A DNA stretch of 63,810 nt, the filler included, from Octopus bimaculoides (lineage: Eukaryota), in assembly GCF_001194135.2 (NCBI RefSeq). It is 5 parts of 4 records of this genome, joined end to end, with 100 filler letters (N's around TTAATTAATTAA, not from the genome) between each part and the next. Parts side by side here need not be neighbours in the genome. Positions count along the whole stretch, not along the records: positions 1 to 16,961 come from NC_068987.1; 4 more parts are not named here. One strand, given 5' to 3'. The position numbers and the translations under genes are program-made. Positions 1-11,799 of this stretch are shown here, piece by piece (positions within the stretch are counted from its first letter, which is position 1; each line of letters begins with the position of its first letter). Below the pieces are notes generated by a model. That model saw only the letters and a list, made by a program, of their open reading frames with translations. It made no database searches and was not told where the DNA came from.

Positions 1-176
1 AATAGCTATAACGTTTTAAGCAAGAGTTCGCGCGAAAATACTACGTTAAAAAAGAACGTTAAAATAGAGAATAGAATACGAAAGCATGAATGAAATAATA
101 ATACTTAAATAAATGAATGAAAAATTTAAAATTTATATAACTAACAACATATATATATATATATACACATATATAC

Positions 177-265
177 GATGGGCTTCTTTCAGTTTCCATC
201 TACCAAATCCACTCACAAGGCTCTGGTCGGCCCAAGGCTAAAGTAGAAGACACTAGCCCAAGTTG
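177..265 (-). mobile_element. tRNA-derived SINE fragment (family A)
   Basis: Reverse complement of the segment seen in fuller copies at 19276-19630 and 25393-25775 (ctatagc..ggccgaccaaagccttgtgagtggatttggtagac.gaaactgaaagaagccc). Confidence 0.8.
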
Positions 266-567
266 CTTCTTACCATACAGCTACTCCTATATGACAAATT
301 ATTCACTCACTAGGTACTAATCAACCCAATGTCATAGTAGAAGGCTTCTTCTACAAATTTCCCTGCAATGTAATTGAGCCCAAATTCACATGGTAACAAA
401 GTGGAATTCTTCACTAGACAGCCATACATACATACATACAACTGCATACTCAATTATTTAAAGTGGTATCTATTTTCTATTAGATCAAATTATTTACATG
501 AAACCGTTTCAAAAATTATTATTTTGAAGTATATTAGTATTTTTCTTATCATTTTAGCTCTTTCCAG

Positions 568-679
568 ATATTCTTGTATTCAACCCTTATATCTTCCTTA
601 TCTGCATTTATTTTTGGTTTAATGGAAGTAATAGCTTTCTTTAATGACAAATTCGCTAATATGATTCAAGATCATGACA
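568..679 (+). CDS. Internal exon of a multi-pass membrane protein (IFLYSTLISSLSAFIFGLMEVIAFFNDKFANMIQDHD)
   Basis: Pyrimidine tract ending ttccag, 112-nt open frame, donor A|gtgagt. Ends in phase 1, matching the phase-1 start of exon 4285-4410. Confidence 0.65.
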
Positions 680-858
680 GTGAGTAGAACCTTTTTTTAA
701 TTGTCGTACTATATCTAATATGTTATTCCTTCTACATTTAATTCTATTTTATTTCTCAATTTATACTGTTATGTCAATGGATGTTTCACTACTGCAATAT
801 CACCATACTATAAATTATCTGACACATTTGAATTTATCATATTTGTTATATTTATTAT

Positions 859-1220
859 CCTCATCATCGTCATCATCATTTAACATCTGTTTTCCATGCT
901 GACATGGGTTGGATGGCTTGACAGGAGTTGGATAGCTTGACGGGAGTTGGACGGCTTGACAGGAGTTGGACGGCTTGACAGGAGTTGGACGGCTTGACAG
1001 GAGTTGGACGACTTGCCAGGAGTTGGACGACTTGCCAGGAGTTGGACAGCTTGACAGAAGTTGGATGGCTTGACATAAGTTGGATAGCTTGACGGGAGTT
1101 AGACGGCTTGACAGGAGTTGGATGGCTTGACAGGAGTTGGCAAACCAGAGGTCTTCACAAGCTCCACTGTCTGTTTTGGAATGGCTTTTATGGCTGGATA
1201 CCTTTCCTAATACCAACCAC
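859..1220 (-). mobile_element. 3' end of RTE LINE or RTE-tailed SINE containing an internal 19-bp minisatellite
   Basis: (CAT)n tail plus tttaacatctgttttccatgctgacatgggttgga and the distal cctttcctaataccaaccac match the copy at 8061-8239. Confidence 0.7.
908..1135. repeat. Minisatellite, 12 x 19 bp (GTTGGACGGCTTGACAGGA)
   Basis: Twelve contiguous units counted, with no spacers between them. Confidence 0.95.
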
Positions 1221-1389
1221 TTTATTTATTGTTATATTTATTATGGAGTAAAGATTTCTGGGTTATTACCCTTCATCAGCACATCCCCATTCGAAATATA
1301 TAGTTTTTAAAGTGACAACTAGTCACTGATCTATAAATTAGAAAATTATTATTTGTTAATCTCATAACGAGAGATATTCAACAACAGTA

Positions 1390-1707
1390 CTTTGGAGTAA
1401 AGATTATTTGCCAACATAACATGTCAGTCTTGGTTTAGGATGAATGTTGCTGTAATTTAGCCCCAGGAGACATCGTCTCCAGCTGGCTATACGACCCGAT
1501 TTGTGAAGGGAAATAACCCAGAAATCGCGATACACAGATATTGTTTTGAGCTGAGTTGGGTGCTAGATTCCCTTGCTTGAAAATATAAGGACACAGATTG
1601 TGTCATATAGCCAGCTGGAGACGATGTCTCCTGGAGCTAAATTACAGCAACATTCATCCTAAACCAGGACTGCCATGTTATGTTGGCAAATAATCTTTAC
1701 TCCAAAG
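1390..1707. mobile_element. MITE with ~116-bp terminal inverted repeats and TA target duplication (Tc1/mariner type)
   Basis: 1390-1505 is the reverse complement of 1592-1707 with few mismatches. TA at 1388-1389 and 1708-1709. Confidence 0.85.
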
Positions 1708-3057
1708 TACAAGTACTTGCAGCCCAAAACTAAAGAGAGCTAAATAGCATGACTATAATATGTTTATAATGACTATATGCCTTGGTGGAGTTTGATCAGA
1801 AGTTAAAGACAGATGAGAATTAATTCTGTAATGCAATCATTCTATTGTTCCAGTCCCAAGTTGAATTCCAACTGTTGGCCAATTTGTCCCAAAGTTCTTA
1901 TCTCGAGTGAATGTCATTTATCTCCCCCTTGATCTCTGACGTCATCTGACAAATGCCAACCAAGATGGCATGAATCAGCTTTTAAATCAGATCCCAATGC
2001 TGGATGTTCAAGAATCAAATGAAGGGCAGATTTTCAATCCTGGGATCATCCTGATTCCAAAAAGCTATAATATGTCTATGTAGAGCAAATGTAGACTGAG
2101 ATAAAGAGGTCCCAGAAGGACAGACAGAATTTTGCTTTCATTATTATAGATTTATATTATTATTATTATTATTATTATTGTTGTTGTTGTTATTATTATC
2201 ATAATATTGATCTATCAAATCACCTGTTCTAAGTACACACTGATATAAAATATCCGCTAAGTTCTGGATAAACATTATCATTTGAATATTGCTCTGATCA
2301 TGTCCAACTCATTTCTATCAGGAAAACTATGTACTAAGAATAAGAACTTAAGACACTAAGATACTAAGCTGTTGTTATTTAAGCCAATCAGCCTTGAATA
2401 AGCAGACATGTGACTGTTTGCTTGAAATAAGCAGACATAAGACATGTTTGCTTGAAAGACAGTAAATAATTTATTGAAGTGGATTTGGCTTCCACTTTGA
2501 AGAGCAAACTATGCAGAAGTTCTCTCTCAAGCCCTAGAAGTTAGAACAGTATAACTGCTTAGAATTGTTGTTATTTAGCTTTGGGTCACCTCTTGTCAAA
2601 AGGCATTTCTACTATAAACATCCTATCATTTTTCTTTCACAGGCAATGTATTCAGGATTACAAAACCTGAGGCCACATATTTGGGTAGCAAGCTTCCTAA
2701 CCACATAGCCATGCATGTGCCTCCTCATCTAATTAAATCACTTAGATGTAATCAGTAGTGGAGTTAGGTGTTTGAAAAACAGTAGCCTGAGTAAGAAAAA
2801 GGGTGGGAAGTTCAGGGAGCTATTACCTCTGCTGCCAGCAAGAAGATTTTGTAAGTGAGGGACTGACGTGTGATGGCTGTGCACAATATGTGATGTCATA
2901 TGGGGGGGGGAGAGACAAAACATAGATATTGAATGTGGGGGATGCGTTAAGGATGGATAGAAATAAAGCAATGAAGTAAACATGTTCTGATGGTTGTGTG
3001 TAATGCTGTAATGTTAGCGTGCCTGAATGCCAGAGCACAAATACACTGAGAGAATGG

Positions 3058-3072
3058 ACGCGCGCGCGCGCG

Positions 3073-3103
<31 letters not shown>
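3058..3103. repeat. (CG)n-(CA)n microsatellite
   Basis: Direct reading: acgcgcgcgcgcgcgcacgcacacaca... Confidence 0.9.
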
Positions 3104-3554
3104 CATTTAAGATGAATCAGTTGTGTGCAAAAGGGAAGACTGCACTGGTACAGAAATTTGATGTGCATGAAGGATGGCAGATAGGTAAATAAATGTCAAG
3201 TTATCCAGATGTAAGGAATCTGCAGAAGAAGAAAATTCAAGGAAGACATGAGAAGAATTAATGAAAGCTGCTCACAAGCGATAGAAGCTTAGGCAGTTGA
3301 TGACAAACAGTAGATGGGCAATTCATCGATAGACAGTTGGCCGACAGGACAGTTGACCAACTGGACAATTTGCCAAAAGGGCAATTTGTCAACAATTTTT
3401 AAAAACAAAGTAAAAATGATGGAAAAATTTTATTAGACTTACAAATAAAAATAATTTATTTATAAAAAGATATTATGTACAATAGGTTGGCATATGAAAA
3501 AAGCACAAGAAGTTTTGTTTGTCTTACATATAGAAATAAAGATACCACATACAA

Positions 3555-3743
3555 TTATGGTGGATGTACGTGTTCAGAAGGGGTTGTGCTAATTTCATCA
3601 TCAATCGTTGTCAGTCTAGCACTGCGCAGTTTACGATTTGCACATCTCCAATAAGTCTTTTCTTTTTTGGTTCTATCAATAATATAGGCGTACCCTTTGT
3701 ATAGAAGCTTTCTGCCTCCTTGTTCTATTTTGATGAACTCCAT
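3555..3743 (-). mobile_element. FLYWCH zinc-finger ORF (62 aa), probable Mutator/MULE remnant
   Basis: MEFIKIEQGGRKLLYKGYAYIIDRTKKEKTYWRCANRKLRSARLTTIDDEISTTPSEHVHPP matches the FLYWCH pattern (F..L..GY.Y..YWRC..H.H). Flanked by opposite-orientation ggacaatt-type motifs at ~3325-3392 and ~3770-3795. Confidence 0.75.
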
Positions 3744-4284
3744 GATAGACACTTCCGCATGTTGACTTATTGTCCAATCAGCGAATTGTCTGCACACAAT
3801 GACAAACAACCACATAGCAAATAGCAAAATTCTGTAACTAGAGAAGACAGATTCTACCACATGATGATGATTGATGGATGATAATGACGAAAACAATGAT
3901 GATGGTGGTTAGGGGCAGTGACTGCAGCAGCAGTTGCAGTGGTGGTGGTGGTGACATTTAAGCCAACTTGGAAGTCTGTGTAGTTATTTGACATGTTGGG
4001 AATAAAAGCAGCTAAGTCTCCCACAAAATATAATGTATGTTTTCTAGAAAAATAAATAAATAAATAACACATTGAAATGACAATATTAGATGGACATGCC
4101 TAGAACAGCTTTGAGCGTAGGTCTGTTTGATCAGAGCTGTTCTGAGGCTAAATGAAAATATTAAAATAAAAGAAATTCATACCTGACAATTCTAACAATG
4201 AGAAATAAATCTCAGTAAAAGCAAAATGTTCCCTTAACAATTTTTAAAGGTCTTTACTTTGTTTTTATTATTTCTCCCTTTTAG

Positions 4285-4410
4285 ACTTGCGAGTTTTTGG
4301 CTTGGTGGTTCCTTCTGCCTACTGGCTATTTACCATAATTTTGGCAGTCATTTTAAATCTCATTTTTGCTGCTGAAATGGTATTAATGATTTCATACCGC
4401 AAATATTTGG
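4285..4410 (+). CDS. Internal exon of the same membrane protein (xLRVFGLVVPSAYWLFTIILAVILNLIFAAEMVLMISYRKYL)
   Basis: Acceptor tttctcccttttag, donor G|gtaagt, 126 nt, phase 1-1. Only one of the three frames is open and it is strongly hydrophobic. Confidence 0.75.
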
Positions 4411-5044
4411 GTAAGTTTCTTTTTACTGAAAAAAAATCAAAGCAAAATATTTTCTACAGAAGCTACTTTTGTTCTGTATTTTCCAGCATACAAATTGATG
4501 TAGTGTATAGTGTAAACATGTAGTGCAAATATTCAAATATCACTATTTTCCTAAATCCTGTTGCATTTTTCATGGAATTTTTGGTCCTCTTAAGTCATCT
4601 TGGTGATTGAGTTGATCTATTTTTCTTTTACTGTAAATTTTTGTCTAAAAGTTTGACTTGTATGCTGGAAAATATGGTAAGTCATACAACATAGTGCATT
4701 GTATGCTGTACTCACTGTAAACAAACACACAACATTCTTCTTATACTTGTGTTTCTTTAGTCACTAGTTTTATCACAATTTACAGAAAATTTCTGACAAG
4801 AATTGTGATGAGAACACTCATACTGTGATCCCTCTTTTGTGACTGTGAAGAGTCCATATAAGTCATGTTCAACTCAAATATACCCTTGGTTATTTTATGA
4901 TCAAAAGTATTTTAGATCTCTAAATGATAAGCTAGTAATATTGATATCAATCACATCGATCTTGTTGTCAAGTGTGATTTGTGGTATCCATTTACATCTA
5001 GGTGTTAAAAACGTATAGCAAGACACTTTATGCTGTGGATGCTA

Positions 5045-5200
5045 TAGGTGCAGGCTTAGCTGTGTTGTTAAGAAGCTTGCTTCCCAATCACATTGTCCTG
5101 GGTTCGGTCTCACTGCATGGCACCTTGGGCAAGTGCCTTAGGCTGACCAAAGCCTTGTGAGTTGATTTGGTAGACAGAAACTGAACAGAAGCTCATCGTA
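5045..5200 (+). mobile_element. tRNA-derived SINE (family A), partial
   Basis: gcttagctgtgttgttaagaagcttgcttcccaatcac..gggttcggtctcactgcatggcaccttgggcaagtg, followed by (TA)n. Confidence 0.8.
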
Positions 5201-6427
5201 TATATACATATATATATATATATATATANNNNNNNNNNNNNNNNNNNNNNNNNNNNNNNNNNNNNNNNNNNNNNNNNNNNNNNNNNNNNNNNNNNNNNNN
5301 NNNNNNNNNNNNNNNNNNNNNNNNNNNNNNNNNNNNNNNNNNNNNNNNNNNNNNNNNNNNNNNNNNNNNNNNNNNNNNNNNNNNNNNNNNNNNNNNNNNN
5401 NNNNNNNNNNNNNNNNNNNNNNNNNNNNNNNNNNNNNNNNNNNNNNNNNNNNNNNNNNNNNNNNNNNNNNNNNNNNNNNNNNNNNNNNNNNNNNNNNNNN
5501 NNNNNNNNNNNNNNNNNNNNNNNNNNNNNNNNNNNNNNNNNNNNNNNNNNNNNNNNNNNNNNNNNNNNNNNNNNNNNNNNNNNNNNNNNNNNNNNNNNNN
5601 NNNNNNNNNNNNNNNNNNNNNNNNNNNNNNNNNNNNNNNNNNNNNNNNNNNNNNNNNNNNNNNNNNNNNNNNNNNNNNNNNNNNNNNNNNNNNNNNNNNN
5701 NNNNNNNNNNNNNNNNNNNNNNNNNNNNNNNNNNNNNNNNNNNNNNNNNNNNNNNNNNNNNNNNNNNNNNNNNNNNNNNNNNNNNNNNNNNNNNNNNNNN
5801 NNNNNNNNNNNNNNNNNNNNNNNNNNNNNNNNNNNNNNNNNNNNNNNNNNNNNNNNNNNNNNNNNNNNNNNNNNNNNNNNNNNNNNNNNNNNNNNNNNNN
5901 NNNNNNNNNNNNNNNNNNNNNNNNNNNNNNNNNNNNNNNNNNNNNNNNNNNNNNNNNNNNNNNNNNNNNNNNNNNNNNNNNNNNNNNNNNNNNNNNNNNN
6001 NNNNNNNNNNNNNNNNNNNNNNNNNNNNNNNNNNNNNNNNNNNNNNNNNNNNNNNNNNNNNNNNNNNNNNNNNNNNNNNNNNNNNNNNNNNNNNNNNNNN
6101 NNNNNNNNNNNNNNNNNNNNNNNNNNNNNCAAGACAAAAAAATAAAAGTGATGTTTCACTAAAAAAAAAAAAGAAAAGTGATGTTTCACTAAAAAAAAGA
6201 AAAAACAACAAAAAGGAATAGTAATTATATTATAGTTGCAATATATCCCCTGTCCCCCTTTTTCATCTCGCATAATATAACCCATTGTTTATATAGAACC
6301 TTACAACAACTTGTATTCATTACGTTGAAGTACAATTCTTTTTTGTTTGTGTACATAATTTTCCGCTAAAGTTGTTCGTTCTTAAATAAAATTTCCTTTT
6401 CAAAGTTTTGTTTATATGACTTTAGCT

Positions 6428-6610
6428 AAGTGTATCAGTGTGGTAAGAAGTTTGCTTCCCAACCACACTGTTTTGGGTTCGGTCTCACAGCATTCCACCC
6501 TGGACAAGTGTCTTCTGCTATTGCACCAAACCGAACAAAGCATTGAGTGATAAACAGAAACTGAAGGAAGCCGTCGTGTATGCGTGTGTGTTTGTGTGTG
6601 TGATTGTATG
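6428..6610 (+). mobile_element. tRNA-derived SINE (family A), partial
   Basis: gtgtggtaagaagtttgcttcccaaccac..gggttcggtctc..gacaagtgtcttctgctat..gaaactgaaggaagccgtcg. Confidence 0.75.
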
Positions 6611-6859
6611 TGCGAGTGTGATATAGATAACTGGCGAGAAAACTGAGAGACCAGTACTCTTCGACGGAATCTTGCAAATGACCGCGTTATTAAAGTAAAA
6701 CATATAACACAAAAAAATAAGGAAACATATATTTCTCAAAAGGTTTCTGGATAAATTAAATTGTTAAACTGTTAAATGAAACATTTGGCATGAGAAGCAG
6801 AAACAAAAAGTCGGATAGCGTTAAAGATTTATTTCATTTTTTATTAATTTAAATAATCG

Positions 6860-7045
6860 TTAGTACGCCACAGGAAATGATTAGCGGCATTTTGTCCGTC
6901 TTTACGTTCTGCCGAGGTCGACTTTGCCTTTCATCCTTTCGGGGTCGATAAAATAAGTACCAGTTAAGCAGGGTGGGGGTGTCAATGTAATCGACTTACC
7001 TCCTCCCACCGAAACTGCAGGCCTTGTGCCAAAATTTGAAACTAA
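6860..7045 (+). mobile_element. SINE family B
   Basis: ttagcggcattttgtccgtctttacgttct..gccgaggtcgactttgcctttcatcctttcggggtcgataaaataagtaccag, shared with copies at 27507, 31480 and 55375. Confidence 0.8.
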
Positions 7046-7266
7046 TGTTTCTCTTATGTGAAACGATATCGTTTGTAAGCAGAAGGGGAAATATTAATAT
7101 GACTATTCATGTTTCGACTCTCTACTTAGAATTCTGTGCCGAAGAAATTTTACGAAGTTCGTGCTGAGAAGCAGAAGATTGTTGCAGATTATTTCGCAAT
7201 TTTTCCAAGATATATATCTTCGTTATTAGCGATCGAAGCAGGTTTGGTTCAGAATAGTATTGTGTA

Positions 7267-9610
7267 TAGGGGAAGGGGACAAAATTGGTAACTTAGGCAA
7301 ATTAATGTAATTTCTTATTTATTATTTTTCCCTACCTGTTTGAAACCATTACATTGCAAGTATTGAATCATTATTTTGTACTGTTGTATCATCATTGGGA
7401 ATAAAAATCAGTCACCATAGTTGTTGTTGTTGAAGTTGAGAGAGTTTGAAACATAGTCAGGAGACAGGTACTTTATTTATTTTTTTTTTTTTCAAGAAAA
7501 TTTTCCCTCAACTTTGATCCAATTGTAATTGAGGTTGCTAATAAAATATCTGCATATTTTCTTATGTTTAACAATCTATATTCTTTTCTCTGCTGGATTC
7601 CAAGTCAATTTTTTCCAACACTAATGTCTAATTTGATAATTTCCAGTTTTCAAAAAACAACGTCCAAAATGGGACAAAATGAGAAATCACTAATTTCAAT
7701 ATCTTGTATTTAACTGCATGGTGCATAAATATATTGAGGAGAGAGCCACTCCAGCAGATCATGAAGAAGTTATATAGGATATATCTTATGTTGAATTTTG
7801 GAATTTAGTCGAGTTGTGTTAATTTCATATCGTGTGCTATTTTTTCATGATCCAATTTCATTTGACCTAGATATTTGAAATTTTTGTTGCTTTTCTAATG
7901 TTTGTGATGTCTAGGATTTTTTTTTCAAATGCAATTCTGGAGAATGGAAGCAACAAATTTTTCTTATTTTGTCTTATTCATTTTGCCCCAGCTAAATTTG
8001 TCCTTTATATGCTCAAAGAGAATGGAAATAGTTTTCTGAAAATCTCATAGTATTTTTAACCCATCATCATCATCATTGTTTAACGTCCGCTTTCCACGCC
8101 AGCATGGGTTGGACGATTTGACTGAGGACCGGTGAAACCGGATGGCAACACCAGGCTCCAGTCCGACTTGGCAGAGTTTCTACAGCTGGATGCCCTTCCT
8201 AACGCCAACCACTCAGAGAGTGTAGTGGGTGCTTTTACGNNNNNNNNNNNNNNNNNNNNNNNNNNNNNNNNNNNNNNNNNNNNNNNNNNNNNNNNNNNNN
8301 NNNNNNNNNNNNNNNNNNNNNNNNNNNNNNNNNNNNNNNNNNNNNNNNNNNNNNNNNNNNNNNNNNNNNNNNNNNNNNNNNNNNNNNNNNNNNNNNNNNN
8401 NNNNNNNNNNNNNNNNNNNNNNNNNNNNNNNNNNNNNNNNNNNNNNNNNNNNNNNNNNNNNNNNNNNNNNNNNNNNNNNNNNNNNNNNNNNNNNNNNNNN
8501 NNNNNNNNNNNNNNNNNNNNNNNNNNNNNNNNNNNNNNNNNNNNNNNNNNNNNNNNNNNNNNNNNNNNNNNNNNNNNNNNNNNNNNNNNNNNNNNNNNNN
8601 NNNNNNNNNNNNNNNNNNNNNNNNNNNNNNNNNNNNNNNNNNNNNNNNNNNNNNNNNNNNNNNNNNNNNNNNNNNNNNNNNNNNNNNNNNNNNNNNNNNN
8701 NNNNNNNNNNNNNNNNNNNNNNNNNNNNNNNNNNNNNNNNNNNNNNNNNNNNNNNNNNNNNNNNNNNNNNNNNNNNNNNNNNNNNNNNNNNNNNNNNNNN
8801 NNNNNNNNNNNNNNNNNNNNNNNNNNNNNNNNNNNNNNNNNNNNNNNNNNNNNNNNNNNNNNNNNNNNNNNNNNNNNNNNNNNNNNNNNNNNNNNNNNNN
8901 NNNNNNNNNNNNNNNNNNNNNNNNNNNNNNNNNNNNNNNNNNNNNNNNNNNNNNNNNNNNNNNNNNNNNNNNNNNNNNNNNNNNNNNNNNNNNNNNNNNN
9001 NNNNNNNNNNNNNNNNNNNNNNNNNNNAGCAGGGGTAAGAGCTCTCTAAACTTTGCCCAGGCTATTCTTATTCTAGCAGCTACACTTTCAGCGCACCCAC
9101 CCCCACTACTAACTTGGTCGCCCAGATAGCGGAAGCTATCGACTACCTCTAGTTTTTCACCCTGGAATGAGATAGAAGTTGTTTCCTGTTTGTTTACAGT
9201 CTTTATTGCACCTGAACATCTGCCACAAACAAAAACTAACTTGCTAGTTAACCTGCCTTTGATGTTGCTGCACCTCTTATGTGTCCATAGCTTGCACCGG
9301 GTACATCTTATAGAGTTACTACCTACTCCTTTTCTACATACTGAGCAGGGCCATCTACCTGAAGGGGTTTGTGTTTTATCTACCTTCCTACTTAAAACAC
9401 AAACCCCTTCAGGTAGATGGCCCCATATATGCCCATAAAAAAATGAAGTCTTAGGAATTGGTTATATAAAATGCAACCAGGGGTATATAAGGGTTTTAAT
9501 GCATTTGCTTAGTTAATGTAGTTTTTGTAAGGTAGTGAACATTTGTAAAAATTTTTTTTTCTCAAAGTCAAAAATACAGTAAATGTTACTCATTGTGCTC
9601 CCCACCCACA
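7267..9610. mobile_element. Degenerate pogo/Tc1-like DNA transposon, copy 1, interrupted by an RTE insertion
   Basis: 7320-8040 aligns with 13510-14310 and 9490-9605 aligns with 14330-14437. Ends taggggaaggggacaaaattggtaa and ttactcattgtgctccccaccc are imperfect inverted repeats. Confidence 0.6.
8061..9436 (-). mobile_element. 5'-truncated RTE LINE spanning an assembly gap
   Basis: (CAT)n tail and RTE 3' end at 8061-8239. 9028-9436 is the reverse complement of the C-terminal part of the RTE at 40180-40560. Confidence 0.8.
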
Positions 9611-10660
9611 CACACACACACACACACCACATTACTCATTGTGCTCCCCACCCACACACACACCACATTACTTAATGTGGATATACTGTAGAAAACCATG
9701 AAACTACAGACTTCATAATCAGAAAGCTTCTTGTATAGACATATAGTGCTAAAAAGCACAGAAATGCTTCAGTTGCTGTGGAAAAACATTCAGCAGCAAA
9801 GTATGAATTGCTAAATCTGGATTTCTGTGTCTTTGCACATCATCAGTAGCAAGTATCCAATATCAATGGCATGCTTAGAAAAATTTTACCTCTGCTGATA
9901 TAGAAAAGACAGTGACTAACAAATCTGTAGGGACACAACTGGTGGGCTAGACAAAATCCACTCTGCAATGTAGCTCCATTTAACAGTATGTTCTCCAAGT
10001 AGAAGATGCCAGAGGAAAATTTTTGAAATCATTAATTTTAATTGCTTAATCAGTGATCTGTTACCAGATATTTGTTGATTTTGACAGTCTATGCAATGGC
10101 AAAATATCTTTGACTCATGATTACAGAATTCAATTAAACTTTGAAGAAAAGAAAATACTTCCGTTAAGCTTTTTTGTTTTCCAAACTACAAAAACTACAA
10201 CAGCAGTAAAAGTTGTTTAGTATATAAACCTTCAGGAAGTTGAAGCAGCTCATTTGCTCAACATGTTACTCCTGAATTGGGTTATGCTTTTCTCTCAGAT
10301 TTCTGAAGTAATAAAAATCATCTCTGATATCATTTATATATTCTCTGAGCTCACACATAAGTAATCTTACATGTTAACTCATTTTTGAAAGTTGTGACTT
10401 TAGCTTATGAGAGTATGATTAAAAATGAAAGTAGAATAATGTAGGAGAGATAATTGGACCTTGGGGGCCATCACTGTTGTTAGAGCGAGGAACAACCTAA
10501 AAGGAACATTTCATTTTAGGTGAAAATAAGACAATCATATGATATTTATAATTGAAGAGTTTTCATATATAAACCACAACAGCATTCCTACCTAAAGCCA
10601 AGGTTCTATATACTGAGTTAGGCTTAACAGTGAAGTACAAATAAAAATATAACAATTTTA

Positions 10661-10947
10661 TTAAACTTTATACAAGTGTTTGATACAATAAATTAGGGCA
10701 GCAAATTTATCATTATTCTTAAAGTGAGATCGCCACATCATTTCTGTTAATAAAGACTGAAATAAAAATGTCCTTCGCTTTCGTTGACAATGTTTTTTTA
10801 CTCTTAGCCACATCCTGTCTATGTTTTTCATGTGAATTTCTATATCTTCTGGCTCATTGTAATCTACATATTCATGAGTATATATACCTTGTTGGATCTG
10901 GTCAATTTGAAGATATTCAGCCCATATATCAGATACAATATGGGTAC
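10661..10947 (-). CDS. Exon 2 of Merlin/IS1595-like transposase-derived gene
   Basis: Acceptor gttctttttcttatag|GT ACC. Open frame GTHIVSDIWAEYLQIDQIQQGIYTHEYVDYNEPEDIEIHMKNIDRMWLRVKKHCQRKRRTFLFQSLLTEMMWRSHFKNNDKFAALIYCIKHLYKV*, with AATAAA overlapping the stop. Continues the PGT..SD.W..Y motif of ISXO2-like transposases. Not in the ORF track because there is no upstream ATG in frame. Confidence 0.85.
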
Positions 10948-11799
10948 CTATAAGAAAAAGAACTACAATGAATCTTTATTATTTATGAGAAACGAGAGAT
11001 TGCAACATTCATACATTTACCGAAAGTACAAAAAATGAAAACTATTCTGATAAAGAATCAAATCTTGGTCATGAACTTTCGTTGTAGAATACTTATCACT
11101 ACACTGTGATGATTCCACTAAAAATAATTGAAAATATGAAGTCATGTTAGCAGTAGCCTTTGTTGCAGAATGGCAAGGCTAAGTGAAGTGAGAATCAATG
11201 TCAATGTTGTCAGATGATTCAATTCTTCAAAATAGCCAATTCCACTTGAGTCATATCATAGTAATTAGATTTCAATTTAGCCATTTTTCTCATTCTAGTT
11301 TCCTGCGAAACTGGTTTTATGAGCTTATGGCTTGGAAAGGACTCTTAATCCTGATTGATTGATTGATTGATAGATGTATGAATGGCTAGATAGATACATG
11401 CATGCATAGATAGACAGACAGAGATATAATCATTACAATAACTTATTGTCAAATATGTATGTCTGTAACATAGGTTCTGGTTTGGTCCGGAACTTCCCCC
11501 CTCTCTCTCCCATCTTCTGTATGTATGTGCATGTGTGTATGTATGTACACAGACAGACACACACACACACATATCTCTCAACACTGTTATTAAGGGCATT
11601 AAGTTACCACTTTCAAAAACAGAATGTTTCTTCTTCTAAAAGCACATTTGTTACAAAATAGAAAGAAAATGAATCACCATTGTTTAAACTTCTCTTAAAA
11701 TAACTTATGAATAAATATTCATTTTTCTCTATTAAACTTCAATAAGTTACTTTCTCTACAGTATGAAATACCATGTACTTATCTCGCATTACTCTTGAG

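Noticed and set aside
908-1135. CRISPR-like array or repeat-protein ORF (815-1216)
   Set aside because: Contiguous units with no unique spacers, no cas genes and a eukaryotic context. The ORF is just the translated minisatellite.
10808-11038. Hydrophobic plus-strand ORFs (PHPVYVFHVNFYIFWL.. and ATSCLCFSCEF..) as a last exon of the membrane gene
   Set aside because: They are the antisense shadow of Merlin exon 2, which has recognisable motifs and matching splice phase.
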